From Eledone cirrhosa (Eukaryota), in contig OZ024747.1 of NCBI GenBank assembly GCA_964016885.1, forward strand, positions 59,148,001 to 59,212,000: a DNA stretch of 64,000 nucleotides, written 5' to 3'. Shown here piece by piece: positions 59,716-64,000 of the stretch. Below the pieces are notes generated by a model. The model was not told the DNA's origin, ran no database searches, and saw only the letters and a program-made list of their open reading frames with translations. Each line of letters opens with the position of its first letter. The first letter of the stretch is position 1. Made by a program: the position numbers and the translations under genes.

Positions 59716-60609
59716 GAAATATATATATATATATATATTATTGTTGGTGTCTAATTCGAAGACAAATCACGCACAATCAAAGAGGAAAAAACGCTGGACT
59801 TCTAATTACGCATCTGGGGTGAGTCGCCATCTTGTTAGAAGGTTAAACCCGAGCTGATACTGCTGCTGCTTCTGTTGCTTGGACTCATTTATTGCCGTTG
59901 TTGTTGCTGATGTTTCTGGTCCACATTTTTATTTTTTTTATTTTGTTCAGCTGAGTGAACTGAAGGAATGTGATATAAAGTGTCTAGTGTTCGATAGCTC
60001 AAGGTGCCACCCGCCCAGGAATCGAGCCCATCACATTACGATCGTAAGCCCTTCACTCTAGACCTATACGATAAATTAAAACATATATAAAAAAAAAAAG
60101 ACAAAAACAAAACACAACAACAGCAAGAACAACGAATAAGTGTAATTATTTATAAGAAGTTTCCAGAAAATTAACAGGGGAGATAATCAATGCAGACCGA
60201 AACGGGGACATAGCCAAATTGTTTATAAAAATCGTATTCAACATCATCATCATTATCGATACCATTATCAACATCATCATCATCATCATCATGACTTTCA
60301 TCCTCGCCATCATCATCATCATCATCATCATCATTAACGTCATCATCATCATCATCATTAACATCATCATCATCATCATCATCATCATCATTAACATCCT
60401 CCTCCTCTTCATCATCATCCCCATCATCATCATCATCCCCATCCCCATCATCATCACCATCACCACCACCACCACCACCACCACCACCATCACCACCACC
60501 ACCACCACCATCACTAACATCAACAACATCTTGTATGGCATTCTGCCAGAAGTTACAGATAACTAGAGATTCCTCCACAATTAATTATGGTTGAATTTCT
60601 TCACCACAC

Positions 60610-60617
60610 ACAGACAA

Positions 60618-60680
<63 letters not shown>

Positions 60681-60776
60681 TCACTCTCTCTCTCACACAC
60701 ACTCACTCTCTCTCTCACACACACACACTCACTCTCTCTCTCACACACACTCACTCTCTTTCGCTTTCTTTCCCTT

Positions 60777-60820
<44 letters not shown>

Positions 60821-60912
60821 TCTCTCTCTCACACACACTCACTCTCTCTCTCACACACACACACTCACTCTCTCTCTCACACACACTCACTCTCTTTCGC
60901 TTTCTTTCCCTT

Positions 60913-60978
<66 letters not shown>

Positions 60979-61021
60979 TCTCTCTCTCACACACACTCAC
61001 TCTCTTTCGCTTTCTTTCCCT

Positions 61022-61080
<59 letters not shown>

Positions 61081-61160
61081 TCTCTCTCTCACACACACTC
61101 ACTCTCTTTCGCTTTCTTTCCCATTCTCTCTCTCCCTCTCTTTCTTTCATTCTCGCTCGC
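60610..61160. repeat. (CT)/(CA) higher-order repeat
   Basis: ctcactctctttcgctttctttccc recurs four times among CT/CA runs. Confidence 0.85.
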
Positions 61161-61200
61161 TTTCTATATATATATATAAGGGTCTATATATATATATAAG

Positions 61201-61238
<38 letters not shown>

Positions 61239-61367
61239 GAGGTTCTATTTAATTTGTTGGGATACAACAAGCAAATATTTTTATAACTGATATAAAGCAC
61301 TCAACAAATTTCTGGAGTAAAAATACAATATATTAACAAATGGAAACTATATTTATAAAACCATATT

Positions 61368-61432
61368 TATTTCATAATACATATTTCAAGGACACCAAAG
61401 CAAATTATGGTGCGCTTTCATCAGATAAAATA
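61368..61432 (-). ncRNA. Minimal hammerhead ribozyme (family P3)
   Basis: Minus strand: TATTTTAT-CTGATGA-AAGCGCACCA(loop)TGGTGTCCTT-GAAA-TATGTA-TT-ATGAAATA. The element spans about 61237-61510 and matches 8800-8980. Confidence 0.85.
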
Positions 61433-62059
61433 TAATATAAATCAGTTTTATAAACAAATATTGACATACCCTTAAAGAATGCAACCATGTCGGTTGGAAG
61501 CTCCCGGATATATATACCCTTTCGTTTTCACTTTTTCACACACACATATCTACGGGCACACCTGCGGGTATGTGTATATGCATGTACGTTTGTCTATATG
61601 TATACATATATGTATGTATCTATGCATATATGGATGGATGAAGGTGATGTTTATGTATGTGTACGTGTGCATGTGTGTGTGCACGTATGTATGTTTGGGA
61701 TAAACTTTGAATACATTCCCGTTTGTACATTTAATAAACACACACTGTCGTTGTATGATATTCTGTGTGTGGTTAAACTGCACTTCTCTCTCTTTCATTT
61801 TCTTTCTTTCTCTTTCTTTTTCTCTTTCTCTTTCTCTTACTCTTTCTCCTATTCTCTTTCTCTCTCCCCCTACCCCTCACCCCGCCCATCTGTCTCTCTC
61901 CATCCGTCACTTCCAGTCTCTTTCTCCCTCTCCCACCATCCCTCACCCCTTCTCTGTCTCCATCTCTTCCTTCCTCTTTCTTTTTATCTCCCCCCCTCTC
62001 TCTCTTTCTCTCTCTTTCCATACATCACTCCCACTCTCTTTCTCTCTATACCTCACTCC

Positions 62060-62141
<82 letters not shown>

Positions 62142-63247
62142 TTCACTCTCTGTCTCTTTCTCCCAGCGCATGGCTCCCATTTGCTTATAATAGTAAGAGA
62201 TGGGGAGAACCAGAGAGACGGAGGTAGTGAGTGAAGGTATTTCATCATATCTTGTTTGGTATGGCCATGGAAATATTTATAGAACTGAGTTATAGAAGCA
62301 ATGTCTATAGAGTATTGATAACCAAGTGTTCTTCTCTGAATCATCCACATCTTTGTGAATTTTATGTTTCTTAAGGACACAAGGTAATTTGCAAACCTTG
62401 TAAAGGCTGTATATTTCTTTCTAATCAATTGTTATGAACTAATCGGTTAGCGAGTATGTTAAAGTTATCTCTGTTAGATATGATAGTTAAATATCCATGA
62501 AATCTTACTCTACTGTCATAAAAATGCCAGGACGCATTCATTAAGTTACTTCTATGTAAATTATCTCTGAATAAAATCTAGTAGAGCCATGGTCTGAAAA
62601 TATTTCGTCATATTTTAGATATAGAAACAACGTTATATAAAAGAAGTCTAAATTATGTCTACGAAGAGTTCCAGTCAAAACTTCAGATGTAGAAACAGAA
62701 GAGGTTTCCCACCAATTCGTGTCTTTATAACTAAATCAAATTCTTCACATTTCTCTTCACACAGTGAGATAGAAATGTGAAGTATCTTAACTTCTCTTCA
62801 CAACAAGGCTTGTTATTTTAGGTTAAAAAAAAAGGATACCTTACATTTTAGAATGTGTACATGTATATATATATATATGAGAGTATTGAAGTTTGCTTGA
62901 AGCATTGTGGATAATAAGTAAATATCCTTAAGTCGTTTGGAAGCCTCGACAATGCAAATGGGTAAATCTCCGGGTAACAAGATCCGGTGGTGGAGAGAGA
63001 GATGTAAGTGGGTGTACGTTGAGATGCGTGGTGTGTATAAGACGTGTAGAAGAATGAAGGAAAGAGTATAAAGGATAAAATAAAAATAACAACACGAGAG
63101 AGAGTTACCTTGGGAGAGATTTAATTGTCCCTATATATTTCGGATTCACATCCATCAACTGGGGTTTTTTTCCGGGGTGGGGGAAAGGTTGTCTATGCAT
63201 GTATGTATTTACTCACATATACAACCACAGACATTCATACACACACA

Positions 63248-63336
<89 letters not shown>

Positions 63337-63539
63337 ATTTACACATAGATACACACACACACATATACATATATTTATATATATATATATATATATATGT
63401 ATTTACAAACACACCACACACACACATAAACAAATATATGTATATATATATTTGTGTATATGTATATGTTTGTATATGTCTGTACATGTGTGTATATGTA
63501 TATGTATGTATATGTCTGTATATGTGTAAATATGCATAC

Positions 63540-63595
<56 letters not shown>

Positions 63596-64000
63596 TGTAT
63601 ATACACACATACACACGTACAAAGCAGTGATATATGTGCGCGCCCGTGCGTGTGTGTGTGTGTGTGTTCGTGTATTTCTGAATGTGTGTATACATGGTGT
63701 TTGGTGTTGTCATTGACCAAGATCCTTACTACTAGAATCTCCCAATTATATTTGACCAATTTCTTCAGTCCAAGACTAACAGACATCAACAATGTAAACA
63801 TCTCTAATCAGAGATTCTTTAGACCAAACATTACCTTGAAATTATAGGTTAGCAAGCGTTTGATTTATTACTAAACACCACATCACTACCACAACTACTA
63901 CCATCACCTCCACCACTACTACTACTACCATTACCACTGTCATTAATACTATCATTGCTAGCTCATCTCTACCACTGCCGCTGCCACTAACGATACCACT

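Noticed and set aside
61943-62428. 161-aa minus-strand ORF
   Set aside because: Half of it is (GA)n repeat, and the remainder matches no family I recognise.

Overview
This is eukaryotic, AT-rich, extremely microsatellite-dense intronic or intergenic DNA. The (TA)n/(CA)n/(CATA)n/(ATC)n/(GGT)n load and the SINE types suggest an octopus or other cephalopod genome (inference). No intact host gene is recognisable, and almost all listed ORFs are translations of simple repeats. Recognisable fossils are a Helitron Rep remnant (11.1-12.8 kb), a near-full-length decayed Tx1-type LINE (34.3-38.7 kb, minus), a Charlie/Buster-type hAT transposase remnant (45.6-46.3 kb), a mariner HTH remnant, RTE-like and RLE-type retroelement pieces in (CATA)n tracts, tRNA-SINEs and several minisatellites. 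The standout signal is about 13-16 minimal type-I hammerhead ribozyme (HHR) motifs of the form helix I-CUGANGA-helix II-GAAA-helix III-UH-helix I. They come from roughly ten unrelated short families, almost all wedged between (TA)n tracts. Many are built into fold-back inverted repeats that break inside or at the edge of the ribozyme. One lies downstream of a Penelope-like GIY-YIG C-terminal remnant. Together these suggest a dense population of (TA)n-associated, HHR-bearing Penelope-like or retrozyme-like elements. All folds and identities were assessed by eye; nothing was computed.
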